46,316 bases of DNA, from the NCBI GenBank assembly GCA_947177515.1, contig CAMWUU010000001.1, forward strand, positions 1 through 46,316, read 5' to 3'. A program made the translations under genes and the position numbers. The DNA comes from an uncultured Lachnospiraceae bacterium. Its GTDB lineage: Bacteria; Bacillota; Clostridia; Lachnospirales; Lachnospiraceae. The notes beneath the pieces are model-generated. The model worked only from the letters and a program-made list of their open reading frames with translations. It was not told the origin of the DNA and did not search any database. Of this stretch, positions 1-9,860 are shown piece after piece; the first letter of the stretch is position 1, and every line of letters starts with the position of its first letter.

Positions 1-231
1 ATATTGGAACAATGGTGAATGCCATAAGATAAAAAAGCCATATTTTAAGAGGATCTGGGTAAATCATGGAGGAAAGAGACGGCGGTATTGGAAAAAAATA
101 TCAAGCCGGAGTATAAGACGTTATCCGGGTGGGATTTCTAGGGGCGGAAATTATAGAAAAATATTTGATTATCAGTGGATGATTGATTGAGGAAACAGGA
201 AAATGGGAGCAGAGGCGAAAGGGGGGATGTT

Positions 232-855
232 ATGTTTGAAATTTGTCCCAAATGTGGAAATTACGAGTGGGATAAGCAGGTTTCTGTGGATAAAAAGTCG
301 GTGTGCTGCCCGAAATGCGGCGCTTCGTGGGAGAACCTTGCATTTCCGCTTTTGATTCTGACCGGCTGCAGCGGTGTCGGGAAGACGACCACAGCAAGAA
401 AGCTGATGGAGCGGCAGCAGGACTTTGTTGTGCTGGACGGGGATATTTTGTTTACTGCGGATAAGGGGGAATACATGGATTGGGTCGAGCGTATCGAAGG
501 GCTGACGCGCGATATTATGCAGTGCAAAAAGCCCGTGCTCTGGACAATGGCGGGGAACCTTGATAAATTGAAGGAGGCATGGAATCATAGGTTTTTTCCT
601 GAAATTTATTGTCTTGCCCTTGTGTGCAGCGAGGCTGAGTTGCGGCGCAGGATGACGGAGGGCAGGGGGATCGCGGATAAGGAGTGGATCCGTAACTCGG
701 TCGAGTACAATAACTATTTTCTGGAGCATGACAGATTGGGCGATCTTGCATTGGAACATCTGGATATTACCATGCTTGATTCAGGACAGGCCGCAAAGCA
801 GGTAGAACTCTGGGTACACTCAAAGCTTGCCAATTTCCAGCACTTTACAACATGA
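232..855 (+). CDS. Zinc-ribbon / P-loop NTPase (kinase- or AAA-like) protein
   Basis: ORF track 187..855 begins at TTG. The ATG at 232 follows GAAAGGGGGG. Two CPKCG motifs at the N-terminus form a zinc ribbon, followed by Walker A GCSGVGKTT and a VVLDGD strand. Confidence 0.6.
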   Translation: MFEICPKCGNYEWDKQVSVDKKSVCCPKCGASWENLAFPLLILTGCSGVGKTTTARKLMERQQDFVVLDGDILFTADKGEYMDWVERIEGLTRDIMQCKKPVLWTMAGNLDKLKEAWNHRFFPEIYCLALVCSEAELRRRMTEGRGIADKEWIRNSVEYNNYFLEHDRLGDLALEHLDITMLDSGQAAKQVELWVHSKLANFQHFTT

Positions 856-954
856 GGATAATTGTGGTAGAATACCGGTGGGAGTTTGGGGGTGGGGCAG
901 GATGACCCAGTAACCGACAACAGCAGGCAGAATGAAATAATTTGGGGAGGTGCA

Positions 955-1107
955 ATGTTTATGGGTAAGAAGAAAAAAGAGCATGTTTCATTTGATCCGA
1001 TGGCATCAAAGAAAAACGGTATTCCATTTGCGAAAGGGAATAGCAAGTATTCAGCACAGTCCGCGCCAAAAAAGATGGTGCAGCAGCGAAGGATGGGAGC
1101 AAAGTAG
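955..1107 (+). CDS. Candidate 50-aa lysine-rich micro-protein (hypothetical)
   Basis: In-frame part of ORF 886..1107. ATG at 955 (or 961) lies just after GGGGAGG at 944-950. Product is MFMGKKKKEHVSFDPMASKKNGIPFAKGNSKYSAQSAPKKMVQQRRMGAK. No family recognised, and a competing ORF 950..1132 exists in another frame. Confidence 0.25.
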   Translation: MFMGKKKKEHVSFDPMASKKNGIPFAKGNSKYSAQSAPKKMVQQRRMGAK

Positions 1108-1210
1108 AAAGCAGGTGCAAAAACTGCGATAAGGCGGGTGTCTTGGTTGAGTATGTCAGTAAAGTGAAAATGATTTTGGTGCCTGTAAAAGCAGGCGGGA
1201 GGGTATCAGG

Positions 1211-2641
1211 ATGAAGGTAGAACAGAGCGGATATTTAAAGGAAATCAAGCCGGTGCTTGTTAAACTGCGTGACCGGCTGCTTGTGGAATTTCCATATGCG
1301 TCACTGCTGGCGCAGGATTCCACATCAAAAAACTACATTGTTTCCAAAACAAGTACGGGGATTCAGATGAATTCGAGCCTGACCGGGCGTGGTTTTGTGG
1401 CAAAAGTATACGATGGAAAGAGTTATGCGGAATACTCATTCAACGAACTTTCGGAAGCAACCGTTGACGGGATTGTGGCGGCGATTAAGGAAAGATTGTT
1501 GCCCATGTCTGATAAACTTCCGGAAGGTGTGAAAAAAAGCTGTTATACAATGCTTGCAGACGAAGCAGTGGAATTTGCAGACAGTACGGAGTATGAGGTT
1601 GACCCTCAGGAATATGGAGATGAACAGATTATTGCGCAGCTTACAAAGTTTAGCGAGGCGGGGCGCGCTTACAGCGATAAGGTGCTTGACTGCCGTGCAT
1701 TTGCCAGCTATCAGAAATACAGCAAGCTTTTCCTTTCGAAAAACCGCGATATGGAGCAGAATATTCTGTGGACAAGCGGCGGTCTGGCGGTGATGGCAGC
1801 ACGGGGCGAGGAAGTTAAGAACAGTTATAAGGGATTTTCCGTACTTGGTGGAATGGAAGTTCTGGAAGAAATTGGAAAACATATTGGGGATGTGGCGCAG
1901 ACAGCGCTTGATTTGCTGGAAAGTGAGCCGATTGCCCCTGGTGAATACGATTGCATTTGTGCGCCGGAAGTGACGGGGATGATTGTGCATGAGGCATTTG
2001 GGCATGGCGTGGAGATGGACATGTTTGTTAAAAACCGCGCACAGGCAAAGCAGTATGTCGGAAAGCCGGTAGCTTCCGAAAAGGTTAATATGCATGACGG
2101 TGCGGCGGCGGCTAAGGAAGTGGCAACCTATTTCTTTGATGATGAAGGTGTGCTGGCGCATGATACCCTCGTAATTGACAGGGGGATTTTAAAGTCTGGG
2201 ATCAGCGATGCGCAGTCTGCCATGCATCTTGGTACAAAACCGACAGGAAACGGGCGACGTGAGAATTATCAGAGAAAAGCATACACCCGCATGACCAATA
2301 CTTATTTTGAGGCGGGAAATGATAAGGTGGAGGATATGATTGCTTCCATCCAATATGGTTTCCTGCTGCAGAATGCTTCTAGCGGGATGGAGGATCCAAA
2401 GAACTGGGGCATCCAGTGTATGGTTGACGTTGCGCGCGAGATACGGGACGGGAAACTGACTGGGAAAGTCTTTTCTCCGATTGTACTGACCGGATATGTG
2501 CCGGATTTGTTAAAATCCATCAGCATGGTTTCAGATACGGCTGAACTTTCCGGGAGCGGTTTTTGTGGAAAAGGTTACAAGGAATGGGTCAAAGTTTCGG
2601 ATGGGGGACCGTATATTAAGGCAAAGATACGGCTTGGATAA
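1211..2641 (+). CDS. tldD: TldD-family zinc metalloprotease
   Basis: 476 aa. Metal-binding HEAFGHGVE (HExxxH) motif, a GxC-containing C-terminus (GSGFCGKG) and a length typical of TldD. RBS GGCGGGAGGG lies upstream of ATG 1211. Confidence 0.85.
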   Translation: MKVEQSGYLKEIKPVLVKLRDRLLVEFPYASLLAQDSTSKNYIVSKTSTGIQMNSSLTGRGFVAKVYDGKSYAEYSFNELSEATVDGIVAAIKERLLPMSDKLPEGVKKSCYTMLADEAVEFADSTEYEVDPQEYGDEQIIAQLTKFSEAGRAYSDKVLDCRAFASYQKYSKLFLSKNRDMEQNILWTSGGLAVMAARGEEVKNSYKGFSVLGGMEVLEEIGKHIGDVAQTALDLLESEPIAPGEYDCICAPEVTGMIVHEAFGHGVEMDMFVKNRAQAKQYVGKPVASEKVNMHDGAAAAKEVATYFFDDEGVLAHDTLVIDRGILKSGISDAQSAMHLGTKPTGNGRRENYQRKAYTRMTNTYFEAGNDKVEDMIASIQYGFLLQNASSGMEDPKNWGIQCMVDVAREIRDGKLTGKVFSPIVLTGYVPDLLKSISMVSDTAELSGSGFCGKGYKEWVKVSDGGPYIKAKIRLG

Positions 2642-2696
2642 TAAAAGACGGGGTGCCAGCAAAAGCAAGAGGGCAGGCGTACCCGGGAAGGAAAGG

Positions 2697-3983
2697 ATGG
2701 TTTTCGTTATGGTTGACCGGATTTTATCCGCACTGGGAAAATGTGGGATTGAGGATTATCAAATTGTTATGACGGACGAGGAGTCCGCAGAACTGTTTTT
2801 TATTAAAAAAGAATTGGACATGCAGCGTTTAAAAGAAGTGCGGACGGCAAACGTATCCATATTCCGTGTGTTTGAGGAAGGGGACCAGCGTTTCCGCGGC
2901 GTTGCTTCCTTGCAGGTACAGGAAAGCCTGACGCAGCCAGAAATGGAAAAGATGTTTGCGGATGCGTATTATGCTGCCGGATTTGTAAAAAACAAATATT
3001 ATGACCTGTATAAGGGGAAGGCGGCGGGGATGCCAGAATCAGAGGAGCCGTTTGGGGATAAGTCCCTAGCGGAAATAGCCCAGGGTTTTGCGCAGGCGCT
3101 ATTTGCTGAGGATAGGTACGAAGAAGTATTTATTAATTCTGCTGAGATTTTTGCGCGCCGCAGTACGGTGCATATCTTAAATTCGCACGGTGTGGATGTA
3201 TCCTATAAAAAAAGCCGCGTGCAGGGAGAGTTTGTTGTACAGTGCATCGATGGGCAGGATGTGGAAACCTACCAGGATTTTTCCTATAATGGCTGGAATA
3301 CCGACGCGCTTCGCGAAAAAACGCGCGATGCAATTGAGTTGACAAGGGCTAGGGCGAAAGCAAAAACTGCCCCTGCAGCAGGTGAGTACAGGCTGATATT
3401 ATCGGGTGGATATGTAAATGAATTGTTGTCTTACTATGTTACCCGTGCAAATTCTTCCGTAATTTACCAGAAATATTCTTCCTTTACGGTGGGGTGTGAT
3501 GTGCAGGGGGAAGAGGTGGAAAAAGACCGCATCAATCTGACGATGAAGGCGAATGTACCATTTAGTGATGAGGGAATTCCAATGGAGGACCGTGAGCTGA
3601 TAAAAGATGGGAAGCTTCAGATGATCCATGGCGGCAACCGTTTTGCCCAGTATCTGGGAATTGAACCGACTGGGGGATATAATGGTTATAAGGTAGATGC
3701 AGGAAATATTTCCCTTGAGCAGATGAAAAAGCAGCCGTATCTTGAGGTTGTGAATTTTTCCGATTTCCAGATGAATGGGTTTACCGGGCACTTTGGTGGG
3801 GAGATCCGCCTGGCCTTCTTATATGACGGCACGACAGTGACACCGGTGACCGGCGGGTCAGTGAACGGAAATATTTTTGAGGCTCAGAAATCGTTCGTGT
3901 TTTCTAAGGAAATGCAGGTGGAAAAGGACTTTGAAGGTCCCAAAGCGGTCGCGATGGATGGGGTTTGTGTAGCAGGAGTATAA
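2697..3983 (+). CDS. tldE: TldE/PmbA-family protein (partner of TldD)
   Basis: ORF track 2565..3983 overlaps tldD. The internal ATG at 2697 (or 2709) follows GGAAGGAAAGG just after the tldD stop. It has TldD/PmbA-like length and a C-terminal glycine-rich region but no HExxxH, as expected for the non-catalytic partner. Confidence 0.75.
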   Translation: MVFVMVDRILSALGKCGIEDYQIVMTDEESAELFFIKKELDMQRLKEVRTANVSIFRVFEEGDQRFRGVASLQVQESLTQPEMEKMFADAYYAAGFVKNKYYDLYKGKAAGMPESEEPFGDKSLAEIAQGFAQALFAEDRYEEVFINSAEIFARRSTVHILNSHGVDVSYKKSRVQGEFVVQCIDGQDVETYQDFSYNGWNTDALREKTRDAIELTRARAKAKTAPAAGEYRLILSGGYVNELLSYYVTRANSSVIYQKYSSFTVGCDVQGEEVEKDRINLTMKANVPFSDEGIPMEDRELIKDGKLQMIHGGNRFAQYLGIEPTGGYNGYKVDAGNISLEQMKKQPYLEVVNFSDFQMNGFTGHFGGEIRLAFLYDGTTVTPVTGGSVNGNIFEAQKSFVFSKEMQVEKDFEGPKAVAMDGVCVAGV

Positions 3984-3995
3984 TTTTGGGAAAAA

Positions 3996-4029
3996 GACAC
4001 GGGTATGGATTTATGCCCGTGTCTTTTTG
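3996..4029. terminator. Rho-independent terminator after tldE (bidirectional shape)
   Basis: GACACGGGTAT / ATGCCCGTGTC stem with one G-U pair, flanked by AAAAA upstream and TTTTT downstream. Confidence 0.8.
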
Positions 4030-4206
4030 CTTGCCATATGTGTTACGCAGATCAAAAGAGGGCTGGAACTGGACATGTAGGGGTACTTTACCTGAATATG
4101 CCCGCAAGATTCTTAAGAAAAAATGAAATTAGGAGTAGCAAGAGAAAAAGGAATCTGTTATAATATTGTAGAAAAAGACATGTGGGCCATGACATGGAGG
4201 TAGATT

Positions 4207-5625
4207 ATGAGAGATAAGAAATTGATTTATAATATAGCAAGGATGATTCCGGTAGAGGGGAGCAAGAATCCTGATGTTGCCCAGATACAACAGCGTCTGC
4301 ACAATGGCAGGGAGAATTTTAACCAGTTGGTGAAGTCTGTATTTTCTTCGGTTATGAAGATCAGTGCCCTGGATTTGATGATGCATGATTGTACGGATCG
4401 GATGTCAGAGGTCAACCGCAATCTTTGCAGGGTTTCTAAGGAAGTGGTGGAAACGGCCAGAACTACGGAAGAAAACATGTCCCAGGTGGTAGCTGTACAT
4501 GAGAGTTTTAACGAGAATATCCAGCAGGTAGCCGAACTTGCCGGTGAGATGAGCAGCAAGATGGTAGAGAGCAGCAACGAGTTAAATTCCATTGTGGTCA
4601 AATCCGAAGAAACCATGAATAATTCGACGGAGATGAAACGCGATATGGAACAGCTTATGAGCGTGCTGGCCAATATAACGGAGGTTATTAATGGGATTAA
4701 TTCGATTTCCTCCCAGACTAATTTGTTAGCCCTGAATGCATCCATAGAAGCCGCGAGGGCGGGGGATGCCGGGCGTGGTTTTGCCGTGGTTGCCGAGCAG
4801 ATCCGCAATCTTGCAGATGAAACCCAGCAGTTGACGGCGGGCATGGGAGGGCTGGTGAGCCGCATAGAGGAAGCATCCAAAACGACATACCAGAGCCTTG
4901 ATAAGACTGTGGAGGATATTGGGCAGATGCGGGGGAACTTGTTCCGCGTCCTGGATAATAATCAGAAAAATGAGAAGAGCATTGCGGAGATCGCGGATTC
5001 CGTAACAACGATTGCTGCTTCCGGGCAGGAGATTTTCAGTTCGGTTACAACTGTACAGGAACAGGTAAGCTGTCTTACCGGCGAGTGCGACAGTTTGAAC
5101 CAGCAGGCGGAAGATATCAACCAGATCTCAGAGGACTTAAGAGTTGGCACACAGCCGGTTGCGGTGGTAGAAAAGGAGCTTGATGATACTGCAAAACAAA
5201 TGGGTACCATGGTGCAGGATGTCTTTTATATGCTGGATAACCAGGCATTTATTACAACTGTCCAGAATGCCATCCTGGCACATCAGAACTGGCTGAAAAA
5301 CCTGGAGGACATGGTTCACACACATCAGTGCGTCCCGCTGCAAACGGATGATACCAAATGTGCATTCGGGCATTTTTACTATGCGATGAAGCCGCAGAAC
5401 AGGGCAATCACGGATATATGGGGAGGACTCGGGGAGAAGCATAGGATGTTCCATTCGCTTGGCAAGAGCGTAATGTCTGCAATCCGGCAGGGAGATTTTG
5501 AAAAGGCGGAGAAGGAATACCAGCATGCGGCGGAACTTTCAAAAGAACTGATCAGTGAGTTTAATAAGATTATCGGACAGGCGAAGATACTTGAGCAAAA
5601 TAATATAGCGATATTTGAACCGTAA
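4207..5625 (+). CDS. Soluble methyl-accepting chemotaxis protein with C-terminal CZB (chemoreceptor zinc-binding) domain
   Basis: Highly conserved MCP signalling hairpin LLALNASIEAARAGDAGRGFAVVAEQIRNLADET. No hydrophobic TM segment visible. C-terminus has HQNWLKNL...DDTKCAFGHFYY...EKHRMFHSLG, matching the CZB H-x3-W / C-x-F-G / H-x3-H pattern. GGAGG RBS upstream. Confidence 0.9.
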   Translation: MRDKKLIYNIARMIPVEGSKNPDVAQIQQRLHNGRENFNQLVKSVFSSVMKISALDLMMHDCTDRMSEVNRNLCRVSKEVVETARTTEENMSQVVAVHESFNENIQQVAELAGEMSSKMVESSNELNSIVVKSEETMNNSTEMKRDMEQLMSVLANITEVINGINSISSQTNLLALNASIEAARAGDAGRGFAVVAEQIRNLADETQQLTAGMGGLVSRIEEASKTTYQSLDKTVEDIGQMRGNLFRVLDNNQKNEKSIAEIADSVTTIAASGQEIFSSVTTVQEQVSCLTGECDSLNQQAEDINQISEDLRVGTQPVAVVEKELDDTAKQMGTMVQDVFYMLDNQAFITTVQNAILAHQNWLKNLEDMVHTHQCVPLQTDDTKCAFGHFYYAMKPQNRAITDIWGGLGEKHRMFHSLGKSVMSAIRQGDFEKAEKEYQHAAELSKELISEFNKIIGQAKILEQNNIAIFEP

Positions 5626-5635
5626 AAGGAAAAAA

Positions 5636-5667
5636 GGCGGGGTACCTATTCAGACTCCGCCTTTTTA
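5636..5667. terminator. Rho-independent terminator between convergent MCP and flavodoxin-like genes
   Basis: GGCGGGGT / ACTCCGCC stem, A-run upstream, TTTTT downstream. Confidence 0.75.
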
Positions 5668-5741
5668 TGCACTCTGTGAACTATTATATTCTATGTACAT
5701 AATTGTGTTATTTTCCGCAAAGAATGGTTGGAGTGCGATAT

Positions 5742-6371
5742 CTATAATCGGTGGATATGAAGGAATTCCATCAGTCCATCCAGATATTTTTCATCCGTCC
5801 AGTCACATTCTTGGCCAGAGGCGCACAGCAGCGCTCTCATCCAAGGCTCCTGTGCATCAAGGGGTGTCTTTGCAACTGCCTTTTTAAGTATGCGGCACAG
5901 GGTACGATCCTTGAAACTCATCGCTTTTTCATTCCAGGCACCCCGCCCATAAAATAGTGGGATGTCTGCCAGTTCGCCTTTTAGGTTGTGTGTCCTGATT
6001 TCCCCCAGTGCTTTTTGGCTGTAAGGGGAAGCGCCGACACAGAAAATGGCGAGCCTTTTTCCACGAAGTTTTGGGTAATGTTTGCGCAGTAAGGATAATC
6101 CGGAAATTCCGGAGGCATAGATACCACCGCAGAAAATAACTGTGTTGTATGCCGTGGGTGTTTCCATTCCGGGTTTTGTTGTGCCAAAGCAGCAGTTTGC
6201 TGCCTCCATACAAAAAAATCCGGTTTTTTGGGCAATCCAGTGGGCATACTTTTTTGCCGAACCATATTTGGAGCGGTAAATCACAATTCCGTTTTCCATA
6301 GTGATACCCGTGCATATTGCAGACCCTGCCTTTGTTACTGTATCATTAAGAAGTTTGTGTTTTTCTTTCAA
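5742..6371 (-). CDS. Flavodoxin-domain protein (HemG/flavodoxin_5-like)
   Basis: IVIYRSKYGSAKKYAHWIAQ N-terminal FMN-binding-type strand/loop. A TTG start at 6371 is preceded by GGAGG with about 6 nt spacing. An alternative ATG at 6299 lacks an RBS. Confidence 0.6.
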   Translation of the reverse strand: MKEKHKLLNDTVTKAGSAICTGITMENGIVIYRSKYGSAKKYAHWIAQKTGFFCMEAANCCFGTTKPGMETPTAYNTVIFCGGIYASGISGLSLLRKHYPKLRGKRLAIFCVGASPYSQKALGEIRTHNLKGELADIPLFYGRGAWNEKAMSFKDRTLCRILKKAVAKTPLDAQEPWMRALLCASGQECDWTDEKYLDGLMEFLHIHRL

Positions 6372-6477
6372 ATTCTACCTCCATGCTGCGGTTGTTTTTT
6401 AGGAGCAGCTTATTTTAAACCTATCCTTTAGTTTTCTAGTCTGTCTGCTCCTGTGATAAAGTCATATATTTTGAAGT

Positions 6478-7044
6478 TTATGTATCATTTTTGGATGCGG
6501 ACAGCAGGAATGCCTGGAAAGCCTCTTCCTGCTTTGCAAAAATCTCTTCCGCTGGAATGCCCGGGGTTGTCACAGAAAAAATCGCACCAATCCCAATCGT
6601 GTAAATCAGCATGTTCAGATGAAGATCCTTAGCCTGGGATTCTTTAAGCCCCAGTTGTTCAGCGATAAAGGGGGCAACATTAGGAGCACTTTCCATTTCA
6701 TAAAGATCTTTGAGTGAGGAAATACCCTCCCTGCGGTGCAGAATAAATATTTTGAACAGGTTTGGCTCCTCCTTTGCAAGCTGTAAATGCGCTTTCCCGA
6801 TACTGCGAAACAGATCTTTTTGGTCGGTGCGCGCCGTAATGTATTCCCGGATAAAGACCCCTGTCCGCGCTGCCACATCCTGTTTCAGGCCGTCCATATT
6901 TTTGCAGTAGCTGTAGATTGGCTGTACGGAGCAGGCGAGGCGGGCAGCAATACTTTTGACTGTAACCTGTTCCATTCCCTGTTTTCTGGCAATTTCAAAG
7001 GCAGCTTCCACTACCATTTCTTTTGTGATCCTCTGTTTTGGCAT
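6478..7044 (-). CDS. TetR/AcrR-family transcriptional regulator
   Basis: N-terminal HTH TVKSIAARLACSVQPIYSYCKNMDGL, 188 aa, AGGAGGG RBS. Confidence 0.85.
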   Translation of the reverse strand: MPKQRITKEMVVEAAFEIARKQGMEQVTVKSIAARLACSVQPIYSYCKNMDGLKQDVAARTGVFIREYITARTDQKDLFRSIGKAHLQLAKEEPNLFKIFILHRREGISSLKDLYEMESAPNVAPFIAEQLGLKESQAKDLHLNMLIYTIGIGAIFSVTTPGIPAEEIFAKQEEAFQAFLLSASKNDT

Positions 7045-7157
7045 ATTCCCTCCTGTCCTGATAACATGGTATTCCTGTGATATAGCCTGAAAATTCTACC
7101 AAAAGCTTGGGGAAGGGCGCAGGCAAATATTGAAACACAGGGCAACATCTTAAATAA

Positions 7158-7176
7158 TATATAAACTGGTTATATA
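7158..7176. promoter_or_regulatory. Candidate operator palindrome in TetR / GH31 divergent intergenic region
   Basis: TATATAA-actgg-TTATATA, 7-bp perfect arms, in a very AT-rich 415-bp divergent region. Confidence 0.3.
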
Positions 7177-7460
7177 ACTATATTATATATCTGGGAAACA
7201 GAAATTGTCAAGAAGAAAAAGAAAAGTATTCTTTCAATCGATTATAACCTTGTATTAAAACATACATGTGCTGCTATATTTCTTTTTGGCAAATACTATA
7301 ATTTCTCAATTTTTATATGGTAATCCTGCCTGTTATGTGATAATCTGGTTTATGTGGGATGGTGGTTAAAAATCCCGGAAAAGATTGTGCCCGTGTTTTG
7401 GATTATTTGTATCTTGGAAAGTATTATTCCTGCAAGGTAATGAAAAAGGAGGGAAATGAT

Positions 7461-9860
7461 ATGTTAAAAAAACACTTGATTGCAGCAACCGCGCCGGTCG
7501 CGGACGAAAAAAATATAATTGTCTGTGGGAAGTACAGGGTCACAGTACTGGCTTTAGAGCTGTTCCGCATTGAGGAGGATGGGACGGGGACATTCTGCGA
7601 CGACGCGACACAGGCGGTGTGGTTTAGGAATGCAGAACCGGTAGAATATACAGTTGAACGGACGGAACATGGAATGGGCAGAAAGAAAATCCCATCAGAC
7701 GGAAATTGTATGACCGTTAGGACTTCAAGGGTTAGCCTGGTATTAAGGGAGGAGCTTGAGAACAGCGAAATTATTTTTGCAGACGGTGCGACGGTGCCGC
7801 TTTTTGGCGGGGGGAATTTGAAAGGAACCTACCGGACACTTGATTGCTGTGATGGGGACCTGTGGATCTCCTGGCAGCCGGGGAAGGAAGAAAGTCATCC
7901 AATCAAGCTTTTGGACGGGGTTGTTTCCAAAAGCGGTGTGGCAGTGTACGATGACAGCGCTTCGCTTCTGCTGAATGCACAGGGGATGGTGGAGCAAAGG
8001 AAGCATAGGGAAACGGATCTTTATGTGTTTGCATATGGTCATAACTACCGCGATGCGGTAAGGGCGCTGTATTCCCTTTGCGGTGCGCCAGCCAGGGTGC
8101 CGCGCTGGGCGCTTGGGAACTGGTGGAGCCGTTACCATGCGTATTCTCAGGAAGAATATCTTGAATTGATGGGGATGTTTGAGGAGGAGGATATTGCGTT
8201 TACTGTGGCGACGGTGGATATGGACTGGCATCCGAGCGAAAACCTTCCTGCGGGGGTGGATGGCTGGACGGGTTATAGCTGGAACCGGGAACTCTTCCCG
8301 GACTATAAAGAATTCCTGAGGCACCTGCACAGGATGAATCTGCATGTGACACTAAATCTCCATCCGGCTTGTGGCGTGCAGTATATCGAGGAGCAGTACC
8401 AGGAGATGGCAGGGCGCTTGGGAATTGATCCGGAAACAAAGAAAACAGTGGAGTTTGATTTTACAAACAGCGATTTTATTAATGCATATTTTGAATTGCT
8501 TCACAAGCCCTATGAAAGGGACGGTGTGGATTTCTGGTGGATTGACTGGCAGCAGGGTACTGACAGCAAACTTTCCGGCTATGATCCGCTCTGGGGACTG
8601 AACCATTTCCACTTCCTCGATCTGGCAAAGGAGCGCGAGGGGATGATTCTTTCCCGCTATTGCGGTGTGGGTGCGCACCGCTATCCAGTCGGGTTTTCCG
8701 GGGATACGATCGTGACCTGGAAAACATTAAAATATCTTCCCTATTTTACAGCAACTGCAAGCAATGTGGGCTATACCTGGTGGAGCCATGATATTGGCGG
8801 GCATATGGGAGGAGAGAAGGATAATGAATTATATGTGCGTTTTTTGCAGTTCGGGGTATTCTCACCGATCAACCGGCTTCACAGCAGCAAGAGCGATATT
8901 TTTTCAAAGATGCCTTCCGCATACAAGAATGGCGCAGGTGAGATCGCAAAGAAATTCCTGAGGCTGCGCCATGCCATGCTCCCATTTTTGTATTCCGCCG
9001 CTTGTGGGACAGCAGAAAAGGGGCTTGCGCTGATTGAACCGATGTACTACGCGTATCCAGAGCAGAAGGAGGCGTATGAATGCGGTGGGGAGTACCTGTT
9101 TGGGCAGCAGCTTATTGTTGCCCCTGTAACAGAAAAGGGCGATGCGTCCGGGATGGCAGTTACCGAGGTTTGGCTGCCAGAGGGACGTTTTACGGATATA
9201 TTCACGGGGGATCAGTACGCGGGCGGCGGATGGTATGGGATGGTGCGTTTTCTGGATTCCATGCCGGTACTTGCGGGTGAAGGTGCTTTCTTTGTGTTAG
9301 ATGGTGCGCCGAGGGGCAACCGGACTGAACTTCCGGAAAAACTCAGGGTTCTTGCGTTTCCCGGGAAGGGAGAGTATTCCCTGACGGAGGATGCAAAAAA
9401 CGGCCGCGCCGTGACACGTTTTTGGTCGGAAGAGGAAAAGAACGGGGAATGGACGGTGCATTTTTTACTTAAGGATAAGGGAAATATTCTGCCAGTGCGA
9501 AGCTATATTTTTGAATTGCGGGGTATCGCTAGGGGGGCAGTGAGCGTAACTGTAAACGGGAAGGATAAAGAGTTTTATCTGGATCACAGGGATGGATATA
9601 CACGTGTCCATCTAAGTCAGGTGGAAAACGGTGAGGTCTGTGAACTGCGGGTTCGTGAAACTATGGGCAGGGACGAGCGCCTGCGCATCCGGTTTGCGGA
9701 AAAATTGTCATTCTTGGAATGTGAGAATGGTAGGAAGTCCGAATTGTTTGATGCGTTCTGTAAATGTACGAATGAAAAAGAGCGCAGGAAAGTGGTGGAG
9801 GATAGTGGGCTGCCGGTACGGTACCGGAAGTTTTTACTTGATGGTTTTGCTATAGAATAA
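7461..9860 (+). CDS. Glycoside hydrolase family 31 protein
   Basis: GH31 signatures VDMDWH, FWWIDWQQG and WSHDIGGH. ORF track start 7359 is probably too far upstream. ATG 7461 follows AAAAAGGAGGG. Confidence 0.85.
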   Translation: MLKKHLIAATAPVADEKNIIVCGKYRVTVLALELFRIEEDGTGTFCDDATQAVWFRNAEPVEYTVERTEHGMGRKKIPSDGNCMTVRTSRVSLVLREELENSEIIFADGATVPLFGGGNLKGTYRTLDCCDGDLWISWQPGKEESHPIKLLDGVVSKSGVAVYDDSASLLLNAQGMVEQRKHRETDLYVFAYGHNYRDAVRALYSLCGAPARVPRWALGNWWSRYHAYSQEEYLELMGMFEEEDIAFTVATVDMDWHPSENLPAGVDGWTGYSWNRELFPDYKEFLRHLHRMNLHVTLNLHPACGVQYIEEQYQEMAGRLGIDPETKKTVEFDFTNSDFINAYFELLHKPYERDGVDFWWIDWQQGTDSKLSGYDPLWGLNHFHFLDLAKEREGMILSRYCGVGAHRYPVGFSGDTIVTWKTLKYLPYFTATASNVGYTWWSHDIGGHMGGEKDNELYVRFLQFGVFSPINRLHSSKSDIFSKMPSAYKNGAGEIAKKFLRLRHAMLPFLYSAACGTAEKGLALIEPMYYAYPEQKEAYECGGEYLFGQQLIVAPVTEKGDASGMAVTEVWLPEGRFTDIFTGDQYAGGGWYGMVRFLDSMPVLAGEGAFFVLDGAPRGNRTELPEKLRVLAFPGKGEYSLTEDAKNGRAVTRFWSEEEKNGEWTVHFLLKDKGNILPVRSYIFELRGIARGAVSVTVNGKDKEFYLDHRDGYTRVHLSQVENGEVCELRVRETMGRDERLRIRFAEKLSFLECENGRKSELFDAFCKCTNEKERRKVVEDSGLPVRYRKFLLDGFAIE

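Noticed and set aside
2-190. Frame open from the window edge to TGA at 188-190, giving 62 codons rich in K, R and W.
   Set aside because: There is no start in the window, no recognisable motif, and the composition is atypical. I cannot distinguish the 3' end of an upstream gene from chance.
172-759. 195-aa minus-strand ORF. Similar antisense ORFs occur at 1436..2161, 4227..4880, 7743..8345, 16045..16602, 27860..28459, 28505..29107, 30655..31335 and 38261..38815.
   Set aside because: Each is embedded antisense in a gene with clear family motifs (P-loop NTPase, TldD, MCP, GH31, anti-sigma, GH28, GH4, UxaA). The products look non-protein-like and have no SD sequences.
7359-7460. 5' extensions proposed by the ORF track for several genes: 7359 (GH31), 10245 (lipoprotein A), 2565 (tldE), 33060 (eda), 19252 (lplB-like), 44860 and 45284.
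   Set aside because: In each case an internal ATG sits 5-10 nt downstream of a strong GGAGG-type RBS. The extension either overlaps the upstream gene or encodes non-conserved-looking residues.
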